Positions 39,065-48,812 of a stretch of DNA of 64,000 nt are shown here, piece by piece (the stretch's first letter is position 1; each line of letters opens with the position of its first letter). The position numbers were made by a program, and so were the translations under genes. Below the pieces are notes generated by a model. That model was not told where the DNA came from and did no database searches. It was given only the letters and a program-made list of their open reading frames with translations. This stretch comes from Planctomycetota bacterium (GTDB lineage: Bacteria > Planctomycetota > SZUA-567 > H5-PLA8): assembly GCA_038227875.1 (NCBI GenBank), contig JBBRPR010000005.1:128001-192000 (forward strand), in the 5' to 3' direction.

Positions 39065-42000
39065 ATGCGGCGAGGAGCGTGGATAGCGGGTGCTGTCGCC
39101 ATGGGCCTGTTGGTGCTGGTCCTGCAGGTGCTTCACGCGCGCTCCAACAACACGTCCTCGCAACCGTTCAAAGCCGAACCGATGGTGGAACTCACCGGAA
39201 AAGGATTCGGTGCGGGCGACATGATCTATCTGGCGACCGGCGACAACCGCTGGCCGTTTTCGACGCCAGGATTCAGTGAACGGACACTCACCTTCCCCAA
39301 CGCGGTGGACTTGCGGCCGTTCTCGACGCTGCGGATTCCGCTGCATCTGCTCGGCAGTTCCATCGGGCGCATCCGCGCCAAGCTGCGCTTCGTTCATCAC
39401 AACGGCTGGGTCTATGAGACGTGGCAGGAACTCCCGCTGTACTTCGGCGAGCAGGGCACGCTGAGCGTCGACATCGGGCCGGATTCCTGCGATATGGTGC
39501 CGGTCGGGCACGGCCGGCCGTGGGATGGCGAATCGGCGCGCGCAATCAAGAAGCTGACGCTCTCGGTCCACTCGGAAGGCATCGCGCACGGCTTTCTGGA
39601 AGTGGGCGACCCGAAGCTCGACAACCCGCCCAAGGCCGCGCCGGAGACGGAAAAAAATCCGTTCTCGGTGGTGGCCGGAGCCGTCTGGCCGCCGCTCAAT
39701 TTAAAAATGATGGACTTCGCCGCCGACGTCGCCGACGGCAGCGTCGATGCGCATTTCCGCCTCGACCCCGCGCCGCAGGATCCCTATGACCCGAAGGACT
39801 GCGACCTGCGCGTGCTGTTGATCAAGGCCGCGGATGAAGCGGGCGTCAGCGCCGGTCTTACCAAAGGCGCTGCAGTCGAGGCGTCGATGCTCAGCCAGGC
39901 GCGCGCGGCGTACTTTGATCAGAATTACTACATTTACGAGGGCGCGCGCAATCCGGCGGAGGAACTCAAGCCGCTGGGCGTGCCATTCTTCCGCGCGCGC
40001 ATTCCGTTCGATGCAGCAAACCGCGGCAATGTTGAACAAGGCGTTACCGCCGTATTGATCTTGAACGGGAAAGTGTTGACCAAGTCGCACATCACGCTGA
40101 ATTCCGGCGAACAGACCGTCGCCCGCGTCTGCAAGGATGCGCGCGCGTCAACCGTGACGCCGCCACCGTGGACGGTCTGGGGCAACGACGCGTATTGCGA
40201 GATCTACCGCCCGCGCACGGAATGGACGGGCATGCCGTGGCGCACGGAGTCGGCAACGTACCTCGGCGAACGTGGCGGCGAAACGGGCGAGTTGCCGAAG
40301 CATTCGGCGTGGTCGTTTGCCACGACGCTGGATCACGGTGCGTGCTGGGTTGCGCCGATCGAATGGAATCAGGCGTGGGGCAAGTGGCAGGGGCTGGGGC
40401 GCTACGATCTGGAACTGTGCTGGCGCTTTGAACGGATACTGGAGCACGCGCGCCAGGAAAGCATGGCGCTGCCGCTGTTGCTGACGTCCGACACCATGTT
40501 TTTCAATCAGGGCAAGTACCGCTGGCCGATGAACCCGCTGAACGCGGCTTCCGGCGGACCGGTCTCCGCGGCGGGTCAGTTTTTCTCCGATCCGCAGGCG
40601 CGCGCGAATTTCCGGCGGCGGCTGCGCTACCTGGCGGCGCGCTATGGCACGGCTCCGGCGCTGCAGGGCTGGCTCTTCGGCGCGACGCTGCCGGCCGAAA
40701 ACGTGCCGGGCTGGCACCAGGAGATGGCGTCGCTGCTGAGCGCCATCGACAACGGCCGCGGCTGGTACGACGCGAAGAAGGCGCGGCTTTCTGAAGGCGT
40801 TCCGGAAGCGCGGACGGCCGATGCAGACGCATCTTCGCGCGGCAAGAGCGTACTGGCGCACGATATCGTCAGCCTGCATCCGTGGGCGACGCCGTTCATG
40901 AAAATTTCGCGCAAGAACAGCTTCGAACCCGGCTCGCATGACCTGGAGAATTGGAAGGCCGAGCAGCGCCTCTCGCCGGGCACATCGATGCGCATTTCCA
41001 CGACGCTCGCCAGCGATGGGCAGCAGTCGATCGCGCTACGCGCTCAGAAGATGCCGGGCAATGTCTGCCTGATCCGCGAGCTGCTTTTCTCCTCGGCGGA
41101 AGCCGACAATTTCTACGACTTTCACACGCTGGTCTTTGACGTCTACGTGCCTCCGGATGCGCCGCACGACATGCGCGCGGTGGTCCATCTGCGCGATCGC
41201 GACGAACTCTGGTACGAAGCGCTGCTCGATCCGCTGCTGCGGCCTGGCGAGTGGACCAAGTGCGTGCTCGACATCACCGCCGACAACATTCACAAGCTCA
41301 AACCCGTCAACCACCAGCGCCCATGGGACGACTACTCGCGCACGCGCATCCGCGAAATCGGCTTCCGTATTTTCTGCGGACACGCGTTCACCGGCGAAAT
41401 CAACCTCGACAACATTCACTTCGTCGGCGAACAGGTTGGACGGATCACGCCCAAGGTCACGCCGGTGGTACAGTTGCGCGATGCCGCGCCGCACGAAGTT
41501 CCACGCTACGACAAGTGGGAGATCGACTTCGATCTTAACAAGAGCTACCCCAATCCTTACGATCCCGAAGTCGTCGACGTCTCCGCGCATATCACGCGGC
41601 CTGACGGCAAGGAAGTGGTCGTGCCCGCGTTCTTCTACGAACCCTACGAGCGGCGGCTGGTCAAGCGGCAGGTGACCCCAGGCGAAATGGACGAGGACGT
41701 TGTCCACGAGGCGGAAGTCGAAGAGATCGTGCCGGTCTCTGGCGGAATGAAGGGGTTCTGGAAGCTGCGTTACGCGCCGGAGCTGGAAGGCCCGCACAGC
41801 GTCGTGTTGGAAGTGCGCGAGAACGGAAAGTGGAAGCGCGAAAAAGAAGCGTGGACGCCCGACGACCGCTTCGATCACAACGGTAATTCGCTGCCCAATT
41901 CGCCGCAGTACATGGAAAATCAGTTCACGGAAATTCCCGACCGCCACGAGGACGGGCGCCGCCTGCTCCAGGAACTTTCCTACACCAAGGGCGAAGTTGT

Positions 42001-43552
42001 GGCGCGCAGCGCGCCGATCGTTTTCGTCTCCGGCGCGGCGAAGAACCACGGCTTCGTCAAGCGCTCGAAGGATCCCCGCTACTTTGAACACTCCGACGGC
42101 TCGTTCTTTTATCCCGTCGGCATGAATCTTTCGACGCCCAGCGAAGAGCAGTTGCCGTTCATCGGCGGGCGCTGGCATTCGCCCAAGTCGTACCGCTTCC
42201 TGCGCGACACGGGGCGACGCGGCACGTATCAGTACGACGACTACTTCGCGGAATTCGAAAAGCACCACCTGAATTGGGCGAAGTTCTGGATGGCGACGTG
42301 GTGGACGTCGATGGAATGGCGCCGCGACTGGCCGCCGTACCAGGGCGCGGGGCGCTACAGCCAGCCCAACGCGTGGCGCATGGATTACCTGGTCGAGGCC
42401 GCGCGCTCGAAAAACATTTTCGTGCAGATCATCTTGATGAATCACGGGCAGGTCAGTTCGGGCATCAATCACGATTGGGAGAACAACCCCTACAACGTTG
42501 CGCTCGGCGGACCGGTGAAATCGGCGCGTGAATTTTATTCTGATTACAACGCCAAGCGCTTGTTCAAGAACAAGCTCCGCTACATTGCCGCACGCTGGGG
42601 TTATTCGACGTCGATCCTGGACTGGACCATCTGCGGCGAAATGGATTTCACCGAAGATTACCAGACCAACAGCTTCGACCTGATGACGCCGGCCAACGAC
42701 AAGCCCGCGCCGGAATCGATGACCTCGTGGCTGCAGGAAATGGGTGAGTACATCAAGCAGATCGATCCCGGCCACCACCTGGTCGGCACGCACGTGTCGC
42801 ATCCGCAACGCGGGCAGAATATTCAGCAGACGCCGATTCTCGATTACGTTCAGTCGAATGCGTACTCCGGCTTTCCCTGGCTGGCACAGGGCAGCATGAA
42901 CGCCGTCAAGGCGCTGACGTCCTACTACTATGGGCAGGGCGGACAGAATCATTTCAAAGGCATGCACGCGTTCGACAAACCCGTGCTGATCTGCGAACAG
43001 GGTGGCCACTGGCACGGCATCTCCAAGAAGTACGGCAACTGGACGCGCAACACCCGCGAAAGTCTCGACGCCGATCTCCACTGCGGACTGTGGGCCGGCG
43101 TGCTGACGCCGCTGGCCGGACAGACCGGCTACTGGTGGTGGCTGCACGTTCACTTCGACGGCGGGTACACGGAGTTCGAAGCCGTCCAGAATTTCATGAA
43201 GGGCGAAGACCTGCGCGGGCAGAATTTTCAGCGCAACTCGCCGTACACCGATGCCGATGGCAAGCCGATCGATTCGCTGGCGTTCCAGAACACCAAGCAC
43301 GGCTTCGCCTGGTTCTACGATCGCAACATGCCCTACGCATTGGTCGAGACTCCGTACGGCGGCGTGAAGGCCACGATCAACGACGTCGAGTCGGGAACGT
43401 TCGAAGTCGAATACTGGGATACGCGCAAAGGCACGATCATCGACCGCCAGACGATCACGTCAGTTGAGAACAAGACGAAGGACGGCTTTAATCTGCCCAT
43501 CGCGCTGCCGCTGTTCAAGGGTGACGTCGCGGTGAAGTTCACGAAAAAGTAA
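39065..43552 (+). CDS. Large exported glycoside-hydrolase-like protein (CBM-like + DUF5060-like + GH-A clan barrel, module present twice)
   Basis: NPYDPEVVDV...PAFF; RYFEHSDGSFFYPVG.N; W..NPYN...GGP; LRYIAARWGYS...W...GE; PVLICEQG; a degenerate first copy (RYLAARYG). Confidence 0.75.
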   Translation: MRRGAWIAGAVAMGLLVLVLQVLHARSNNTSSQPFKAEPMVELTGKGFGAGDMIYLATGDNRWPFSTPGFSERTLTFPNAVDLRPFSTLRIPLHLLGSSIGRIRAKLRFVHHNGWVYETWQELPLYFGEQGTLSVDIGPDSCDMVPVGHGRPWDGESARAIKKLTLSVHSEGIAHGFLEVGDPKLDNPPKAAPETEKNPFSVVAGAVWPPLNLKMMDFAADVADGSVDAHFRLDPAPQDPYDPKDCDLRVLLIKAADEAGVSAGLTKGAAVEASMLSQARAAYFDQNYYIYEGARNPAEELKPLGVPFFRARIPFDAANRGNVEQGVTAVLILNGKVLTKSHITLNSGEQTVARVCKDARASTVTPPPWTVWGNDAYCEIYRPRTEWTGMPWRTESATYLGERGGETGELPKHSAWSFATTLDHGACWVAPIEWNQAWGKWQGLGRYDLELCWRFERILEHARQESMALPLLLTSDTMFFNQGKYRWPMNPLNAASGGPVSAAGQFFSDPQARANFRRRLRYLAARYGTAPALQGWLFGATLPAENVPGWHQEMASLLSAIDNGRGWYDAKKARLSEGVPEARTADADASSRGKSVLAHDIVSLHPWATPFMKISRKNSFEPGSHDLENWKAEQRLSPGTSMRISTTLASDGQQSIALRAQKMPGNVCLIRELLFSSAEADNFYDFHTLVFDVYVPPDAPHDMRAVVHLRDRDELWYEALLDPLLRPGEWTKCVLDITADNIHKLKPVNHQRPWDDYSRTRIREIGFRIFCGHAFTGEINLDNIHFVGEQVGRITPKVTPVVQLRDAAPHEVPRYDKWEIDFDLNKSYPNPYDPEVVDVSAHITRPDGKEVVVPAFFYEPYERRLVKRQVTPGEMDEDVVHEAEVEEIVPVSGGMKGFWKLRYAPELEGPHSVVLEVRENGKWKREKEAWTPDDRFDHNGNSLPNSPQYMENQFTEIPDRHEDGRRLLQELSYTKGEVVARSAPIVFVSGAAKNHGFVKRSKDPRYFEHSDGSFFYPVGMNLSTPSEEQLPFIGGRWHSPKSYRFLRDTGRRGTYQYDDYFAEFEKHHLNWAKFWMATWWTSMEWRRDWPPYQGAGRYSQPNAWRMDYLVEAARSKNIFVQIILMNHGQVSSGINHDWENNPYNVALGGPVKSAREFYSDYNAKRLFKNKLRYIAARWGYSTSILDWTICGEMDFTEDYQTNSFDLMTPANDKPAPESMTSWLQEMGEYIKQIDPGHHLVGTHVSHPQRGQNIQQTPILDYVQSNAYSGFPWLAQGSMNAVKALTSYYYGQGGQNHFKGMHAFDKPVLICEQGGHWHGISKKYGNWTRNTRESLDADLHCGLWAGVLTPLAGQTGYWWWLHVHFDGGYTEFEAVQNFMKGEDLRGQNFQRNSPYTDADGKPIDSLAFQNTKHGFAWFYDRNMPYALVETPYGGVKATINDVESGTFEVEYWDTRKGTIIDRQTITSVENKTKDGFNLPIALPLFKGDVAVKFTKK

Positions 43553-43555
43553 CTT

Positions 43556-43693
43556 GGTACCACAGATGCGCGAACCCTTGAGCGTAGCGAAAGGGGTCGT
43601 TCATCCGTGCGGGACGCATGGCTTTGGTGGAGCTTCTCGCACGGATGAACGAATTTCTTCGCTTCGCTCAGAAATTCGCGCATCCGGGGCACC
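43556..43693. repeat. Long imperfect palindrome (REPIN-like)
   Basis: GATGCGCGAA..TGAGCGTAGCGAA..TCGTTCATCCGTGCGGGA paired with TCTCGCACGGATGAACGA..TTCGCTTCGCTCA..TTCGCGCATC. Confidence 0.75.
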
Positions 43694-43837
43694 CTGACTC
43701 AGTCGAAAGATCCTGTACGCAAATCGATCAAACTTGAACGAATGAATTCCGACGGCGGGGTAGGTTCTCTCTCACAACTGCGACGGGCAAGTGCCCGCGC
43801 GGTTTTTCTGGAGAGGCCGATCCGAGGATTCATTCGC

Positions 43838-44671
43838 ATGTCGAACGCAACACTGGAACTCGCTTCAACCGAATTGAGCACCGCCGAGCTGGAGGCGTTC
43901 GATGAACGCGGCTACCACATTCATGGAAAACTCTTCAGCGACGCGGAAGTCGAAGCGCTGCGCGAGGCGTGCGCGAAGATCTGCGTCGGCGAGTACGAAA
44001 CGGGAGCGCCGCCGGATTGCGTGAACTGGCGGCCGGGCGACGACGCGCTGGCGGTCCGCAAGTTCGACAACTGCTGGAAAGCCAACCGCACCATTGCGGC
44101 GGCAGTGCTCAGTAAGAAGCTCGGCCACATCGCCGGGCAGTTGATTCACGCGCCGTCGATTCGCATGTGGCACGACCAGTTTCTCCACAAGCCGCCGCAC
44201 GGCGGAAAAGTGGTGACGTGGCACCAGGACTGGGCCTACTGGCAGATGATCGCCGAATGCAAAACCGTGACGTGCTGGATCGCGCTCGACGACGTCCGCC
44301 CCGATTCCGGACCGATGATTTTCCTGGAAGGCAGCCACAAGCTCGGCCTCTTCCCCCGCCCCGCCGAGATCAGCGGCGAAGACACGCTGATGCCCAACGC
44401 CCCGGAGCTCGAACGCCTGAAAGCCGTGCCCGTGATCATCCCTGCCGGCTGCGTCTCGTTCCATCTCGGCCTGACGATGCACGCCAGCGACCGCAACTTC
44501 AGCCCCGTCCCGCGCCGCGCGATGGTTTCGCACATCATGTCCGGAGAATGCACGTACAAGTCCGGCCAAGGGCACATGAATGAGGTGTTCATGAAACGCC
44601 TGCCGGACTGCCCGCGCGAAGGCGAGCGTTTTGGCGGGCCGCAGTTTCCGCTGATGTGGGAGCGGTTCTAA
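43838..44671 (+). CDS. PhyH family Fe(II)/2OG dioxygenase
   Basis: WHQDWAYW, TCWIALDD...GPM..LEGSH, MHAS..N.S..PRR; GAGG RBS. Confidence 0.9.
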   Translation: MSNATLELASTELSTAELEAFDERGYHIHGKLFSDAEVEALREACAKICVGEYETGAPPDCVNWRPGDDALAVRKFDNCWKANRTIAAAVLSKKLGHIAGQLIHAPSIRMWHDQFLHKPPHGGKVVTWHQDWAYWQMIAECKTVTCWIALDDVRPDSGPMIFLEGSHKLGLFPRPAEISGEDTLMPNAPELERLKAVPVIIPAGCVSFHLGLTMHASDRNFSPVPRRAMVSHIMSGECTYKSGQGHMNEVFMKRLPDCPREGERFGGPQFPLMWERF

Positions 44672-44672
44672 A

Positions 44673-44743
44673 TCTCACGCAAAGCCGCGAATCCCCATTC
44701 CCGGCCGTTGCCGTTCTTTGCGTCTTTGCGGCTTTGCGCGAGA
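44673..44743. repeat. Inverted repeat with CTTTGCGN octamer array
   Basis: TCTCACGCAAAGCCGCGAA / TTTGCGGCTTTGCGCGAGA; ctttgcgt ctttgcgg ctttgcgc. Confidence 0.65.
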
Positions 44744-44756
44744 CAAGCAGTTGCTG

Positions 44757-45695
44757 TTAGCGCGGGACGGGCACCTTCTCCAGCACTTCCTGAATGATAT
44801 TCTGCGGGCGCAGGCCGCCGTACTTGGCTTTCGTGTCGAGCATGATGCGGTGGGCGAGGACGGGGATGGCCAGGGCTCGGACGTCTTCGGGGAGGACGTG
44901 GTCGCGGCCGGACATGCGGGCGCGCGCTTGCGACGTGCGGTAGAGGGCGAGCGATCCGCGTGGCGAAATTCCGAGTCGCAGGCGCGGATCGTTGCGCGTG
45001 GCTTCGACGAGTTTCACCATGTATTCGGCGACGGCGCGGTCGACGCGGACTTCGCGCACGGACTGCAGCATGCCGATCACTTCCTGCGTGGTGATGACCG
45101 GCCCGAGTTTCTCGAATGGATGCGAATCGTTCTGGCTGAAAAGAATCTCGATCTCGTGAGCAAAATCCGGATAGCCCAGGCTGACGCAGAGCGTAAAGCG
45201 GTCCAGCTGCGCTTCGGGGAGCGGGTAGGTGCCGTGGAATTCGATCGAATTCTGCGTCGCGATCACGAAGAACGGTTCGGGTAGTCCGCGCCGTTTGCCT
45301 TCGATCGTCACCTGCCGTTCACTCATGACTTCCAGGAGAGCTGACTGCGTTCGCGGCGAGGTGCGGTTGATTTCGTCGGCCAGCAGCACGTTGGCGAAGA
45401 CCGGCCCTTCGCGGAATTCGAAGGTGCCATCCTTCGGATTGTAGAAGCTGCTGCCGGTGATGTCCGCCGGGAGCAGATCGGGCGTGAACTGTACGCGGCG
45501 GAAGACGCCTTCAATCGATCGCGCCAGCGATTTGGCCAGCGTGGTCTTGCCGGTTCCGGGTACGTCTTCCAGCAGCGTGTGGCCGCCGGCGAGCATCGAC
45601 GTGAGCACCAGCCGGATGCCGTCGCTCTTGCCGCGGATGACGGTGGTGAGATTGTCTTCGATCTTCTTCAACGTCGCGGCAAATTGCGCGCTCAT
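44757..45695 (-). CDS. moxR: MoxR family AAA+ ATPase
   Basis: LLEDVPGTGKT, QFTPDLLPADITG, LADEINR, YPLPEAQLDRF, SPRG. Confidence 0.93.
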   Translation of the reverse strand: MSAQFAATLKKIEDNLTTVIRGKSDGIRLVLTSMLAGGHTLLEDVPGTGKTTLAKSLARSIEGVFRRVQFTPDLLPADITGSSFYNPKDGTFEFREGPVFANVLLADEINRTSPRTQSALLEVMSERQVTIEGKRRGLPEPFFVIATQNSIEFHGTYPLPEAQLDRFTLCVSLGYPDFAHEIEILFSQNDSHPFEKLGPVITTQEVIGMLQSVREVRVDRAVAEYMVKLVEATRNDPRLRLGISPRGSLALYRTSQARARMSGRDHVLPEDVRALAIPVLAHRIMLDTKAKYGGLRPQNIIQEVLEKVPVPR

Positions 45696-45770
45696 CAGTC
45701 GGCCCCTGTGCCCTGCGTGTTATACGGACAAGGTGATGAGAGAGTTCTATCCGGAACGGAAGAATGGACT

Positions 45771-45897
45771 AATGCGGATTTCGGATTGCGGATTGCGGAT
45801 TAGACTGGAAGACGCCAATCGGAATCTATTGCCTGAATTGGAATCGTACGTCGTTCGAATCGCGTCCCGACCTAATCCGCAATCCGAAATCCGCAAT
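45771..45897. mobile_element. MITE-like element with (GGATTGC)n inverted arms (family B)
   Basis: aatgcggatttcggattgcggattgcggattag ... ctaatccgcaatccgaaatccgcaat around a ~68-bp unique core; solo arm at 62695-62712. Confidence 0.55.
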
Positions 45898-45902
45898 GCC
45901 GT

Positions 45903-46838
45903 TTACGCGGTGAGCGTCGAGCTGAATTCGCCGACGAACTTCTGGCGCAGCGGAGCCTTGCCGGCGGCGTATTCGGAGGGGCTGATGCCGGTTTTCTGGC
46001 GGAAGACGCGGCTGAAGTGATGGGAGTCGGCGAAGTTGAGGCGGTTGGCGACGTCCTTGATCGCCAGGCCTTGCACGAGCAGTTTCTGCGCTTCAAACAC
46101 GCGGCGTTCGCGGACGTAGGCCATCGGCGATGTGCCCACGGCGTTGCGGAAAATGTCGACCAGCCGCCGTTCGCTGCAGCGCGCGACGTTGGCCAGATCC
46201 TTGACCGACAGATCGCTCTCGAGATGCGCGACAACGTAATCCAGCACGCACGCAATCTGTTCGGGCAGCCCTTTGCCGTACGGAACTTGAAGTGCGGAGT
46301 GGCCGCCTGGACCGATGGAATTGATGTCGGGAATTTCCTGCGCGGTTTTCAGCGCGAGCATCCGGGCAAAGCTGATGCCCAAGATCGTCAGCTGCGCGCG
46401 CGCCGCTACGATGGCGTCGACGGTTTTGCGGCCCAGTTCATACTGAATGGCGCGGAAGTTCGCCGCCAGTTCCGGGCGGAACGGACCGCTGGCGCAGGGC
46501 GCTGATGCGCTGAGATCCAACTGCGGGCCGAGATTCCACGGCCAGGCCAGTTCACCGGAATTCGCGGGACTCGTTGTACCGAAGAAACAATAGTAGTAGC
46601 CCAGCGGACGCGACGGGTTGAGCTCCGCCGACGCAGTGCGACCCGCGGGTAGCGCAAACAGATCGCCGCGGCGCACGGGAAATTTCCATTCGCCCACCTG
46701 CCACACGCCCTGACCACTGGCCACGTAAATCAACCCCGCGTGCTGTTGAACGTCGCGCGGTGGGCGTTGCGTGGAGAGGTCGCACTGAAAATAACCCGAT
46801 GTCAGTGGTTCAGTCGATTCGAAAAGCATCGTCCCCAT
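45903..46838 (-). CDS. AraC family transcriptional regulator
   Basis: Cupin GLIYVASGQG..VRRGDLF; HTH IKDVANRLNFADSHHFSRVFRQKTGISPSEY. Confidence 0.92.
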   Translation of the reverse strand: MGTMLFESTEPLTSGYFQCDLSTQRPPRDVQQHAGLIYVASGQGVWQVGEWKFPVRRGDLFALPAGRTASAELNPSRPLGYYYCFFGTTSPANSGELAWPWNLGPQLDLSASAPCASGPFRPELAANFRAIQYELGRKTVDAIVAARAQLTILGISFARMLALKTAQEIPDINSIGPGGHSALQVPYGKGLPEQIACVLDYVVAHLESDLSVKDLANVARCSERRLVDIFRNAVGTSPMAYVRERRVFEAQKLLVQGLAIKDVANRLNFADSHHFSRVFRQKTGISPSEYAAGKAPLRQKFVGEFSSTLTA

Positions 46839-47157
46839 CCTTCTTTTTCCGGCCTTCAATTCCGGCCGCAACGATACCGTTTCCGATCTTAATTCCGCTG
46901 TGCTGTGGAGAGGACGGGGACAATCCCGATTTAGTGCAACAATCCGTCAACTCGCATCACATAACTGATTCACCCAATGTGCACGAAGTGAAAATGCGCG
47001 CTGTAGAGGTGTCTTATTGGGCAGCCCGGCAGTTTTTGGCTGAGTTCGAGGACTACTGATCAGTCCACTCCTTGGGGCAAATTTACCCCAAGGTCTGTTC
47101 GCCACCGAGGCTGCGGCGCTTATACTCAAGTGCGTGGTTCACGGAGGCGCCCGGCCG

Positions 47158-48081
47158 ATGCACGTCACGTTTCGCAGTCCGATTGTCATAGTGCTGACCG
47201 CCGCGGTGGCGATTGCCGCGTTTGCGGTCAGCCGGATGAAGCCGGTCACATCGCCAATCGCAACGCCGGTGGGTCCGGAAGCGGAAAGCGCCGACATGAG
47301 TCCCAAGGTTCTCGCCAAGCTGCTGGAGACCGGCGAAAACGCGGAATGGCGTGACGACTGGAATTCGGCGGAGGAACAGTACAAGCAGGCGGTGACGCTT
47401 TTTCCGCGGCACGCCACGGCCTGGGCTCATTATGGCGAATTCCAACGCTTCTACCGACACAACGACGATGAAGCGACGCGCGCTTTTCAACGCACCCTTG
47501 AAGCATCCATCCCCGATCCCACGTCCGCCGCTTACGCGTGGCGGGGACTGGGTGAAATCGCTGCAAAACAAGGCGATACCGACAAAGCGCTCGAGTTGAT
47601 GAACAAAAGCCTGAAGGCCGGAAAACTCTCCGACACGCATCGCTCGCTGTCGCATCTGTATGGCCGCCTGGGCATGAATGACGAAGCCGCGAAGCACGCA
47701 AAGCTCGCAGCGGAAATCGACCCCGACGACCCGATCGCGTTGCTGCTCTATGCCGCGCATCTGGAACGCTCCGGCCATCACGAGGAAGCGCAGCGGACGT
47801 TCAAGAAAGCCATTACGCTCGGCGGCTGCGATGCCGAAGGGCAACACAACAAGCCGGTGCACTGCTGCGTCTTTTACAATTCCGCCGGCTACTACGCCGT
47901 GCGCGGCGATACGCCCGGTGCGCTGAAGATGCTCGAAGCGTTTTTCGAAACGCCCAATCATCGCCACCTGCCGCGCGAGCACATCCTCGACGATCCGGAT
48001 TTCGTGGAGCTCAAGAAGGATCCGGAATTCCTCAAGCTGCTCGACCGCTATCTGCCGTCAGTCCCGGCGGCAACAAAATAG
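47158..48081 (+). CDS. Exported/membrane-anchored tetratricopeptide repeat protein
   Basis: N-terminal hydrophobic helix; TPR units; C-terminal FYNSAGYYA...DPDF..L cap; GGAGG RBS. Confidence 0.85.
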   Translation: MHVTFRSPIVIVLTAAVAIAAFAVSRMKPVTSPIATPVGPEAESADMSPKVLAKLLETGENAEWRDDWNSAEEQYKQAVTLFPRHATAWAHYGEFQRFYRHNDDEATRAFQRTLEASIPDPTSAAYAWRGLGEIAAKQGDTDKALELMNKSLKAGKLSDTHRSLSHLYGRLGMNDEAAKHAKLAAEIDPDDPIALLLYAAHLERSGHHEEAQRTFKKAITLGGCDAEGQHNKPVHCCVFYNSAGYYAVRGDTPGALKMLEAFFETPNHRHLPREHILDDPDFVELKKDPEFLKLLDRYLPSVPAATK

Positions 48082-48091
48082 GTTCAGCGGT

Positions 48092-48631
48092 CTACTCCTT
48101 TTTCTCCCGAATGTGGGCGATGGGCTCGCTGAGGTAAGCCCCGGAGTGCAACTCAGAGGGCGAAAAGGTCTGTTCCTTCACCACGCTGGTAATGCGAATT
48201 CCCTGGGTACCGTCGAGGACAACTCCTTTGAGTTCCACGCGGCCAACATGCGAGCCCGTGCCGACGGAGGCGAGAATTTCTTTCAACCGGGTCGCTACCT
48301 CGCCCTCAGCGATCAATTTTTGGCCGTTGAACGTACCGTGCACAGACCAGTGGAAATGCCCATTTCCATCGTTCACTTTGACCCGACACTTGTCCTGTTC
48401 CCATACAAAATGGCACACATAATTCTTGACGTCTTTGAACTGAGCGTCCCGTTCGCCAATGACGCCCACAAAGGTCTGTTCTTTTCCCTCGCTGGCAGCC
48501 GGGCTCGCTGCCGGCTTGGCGGACTGGGTGGCCGTAAGTGACTCGCTTTTGGTTTTGGAATCGTCGGCCGCCATCACATGGGCCGCGCTCAGCGATAGGC
48601 ACATCAAACAGGCAAGACGGGAATAGATCAT
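48092..48631 (-). CDS. Secreted hypothetical protein
   Basis: GGAGG RBS; signal peptide; low-complexity linker; lower GC. Confidence 0.65.
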   Translation of the reverse strand: MIYSRLACLMCLSLSAAHVMAADDSKTKSESLTATQSAKPAASPAASEGKEQTFVGVIGERDAQFKDVKNYVCHFVWEQDKCRVKVNDGNGHFHWSVHGTFNGQKLIAEGEVATRLKEILASVGTGSHVGRVELKGVVLDGTQGIRITSVVKEQTFSPSELHSGAYLSEPIAHIREKKE

Positions 48632-48812
48632 CGGAACCTCCAGGAGTCGCCTGTGTGACGAAGGAATAGGAATTTCGTTTCAAGATATCCAGAATCAATT
48701 GTGGCGTGAGTGCATTGCACATCGCGGATTAACCGTCCGTTTCAAGCTTTCAGCGCGTCGCGATACGTGGTAGACACAACCACATCCAACATTTGAATCG
48801 GGGGAAAATCTC

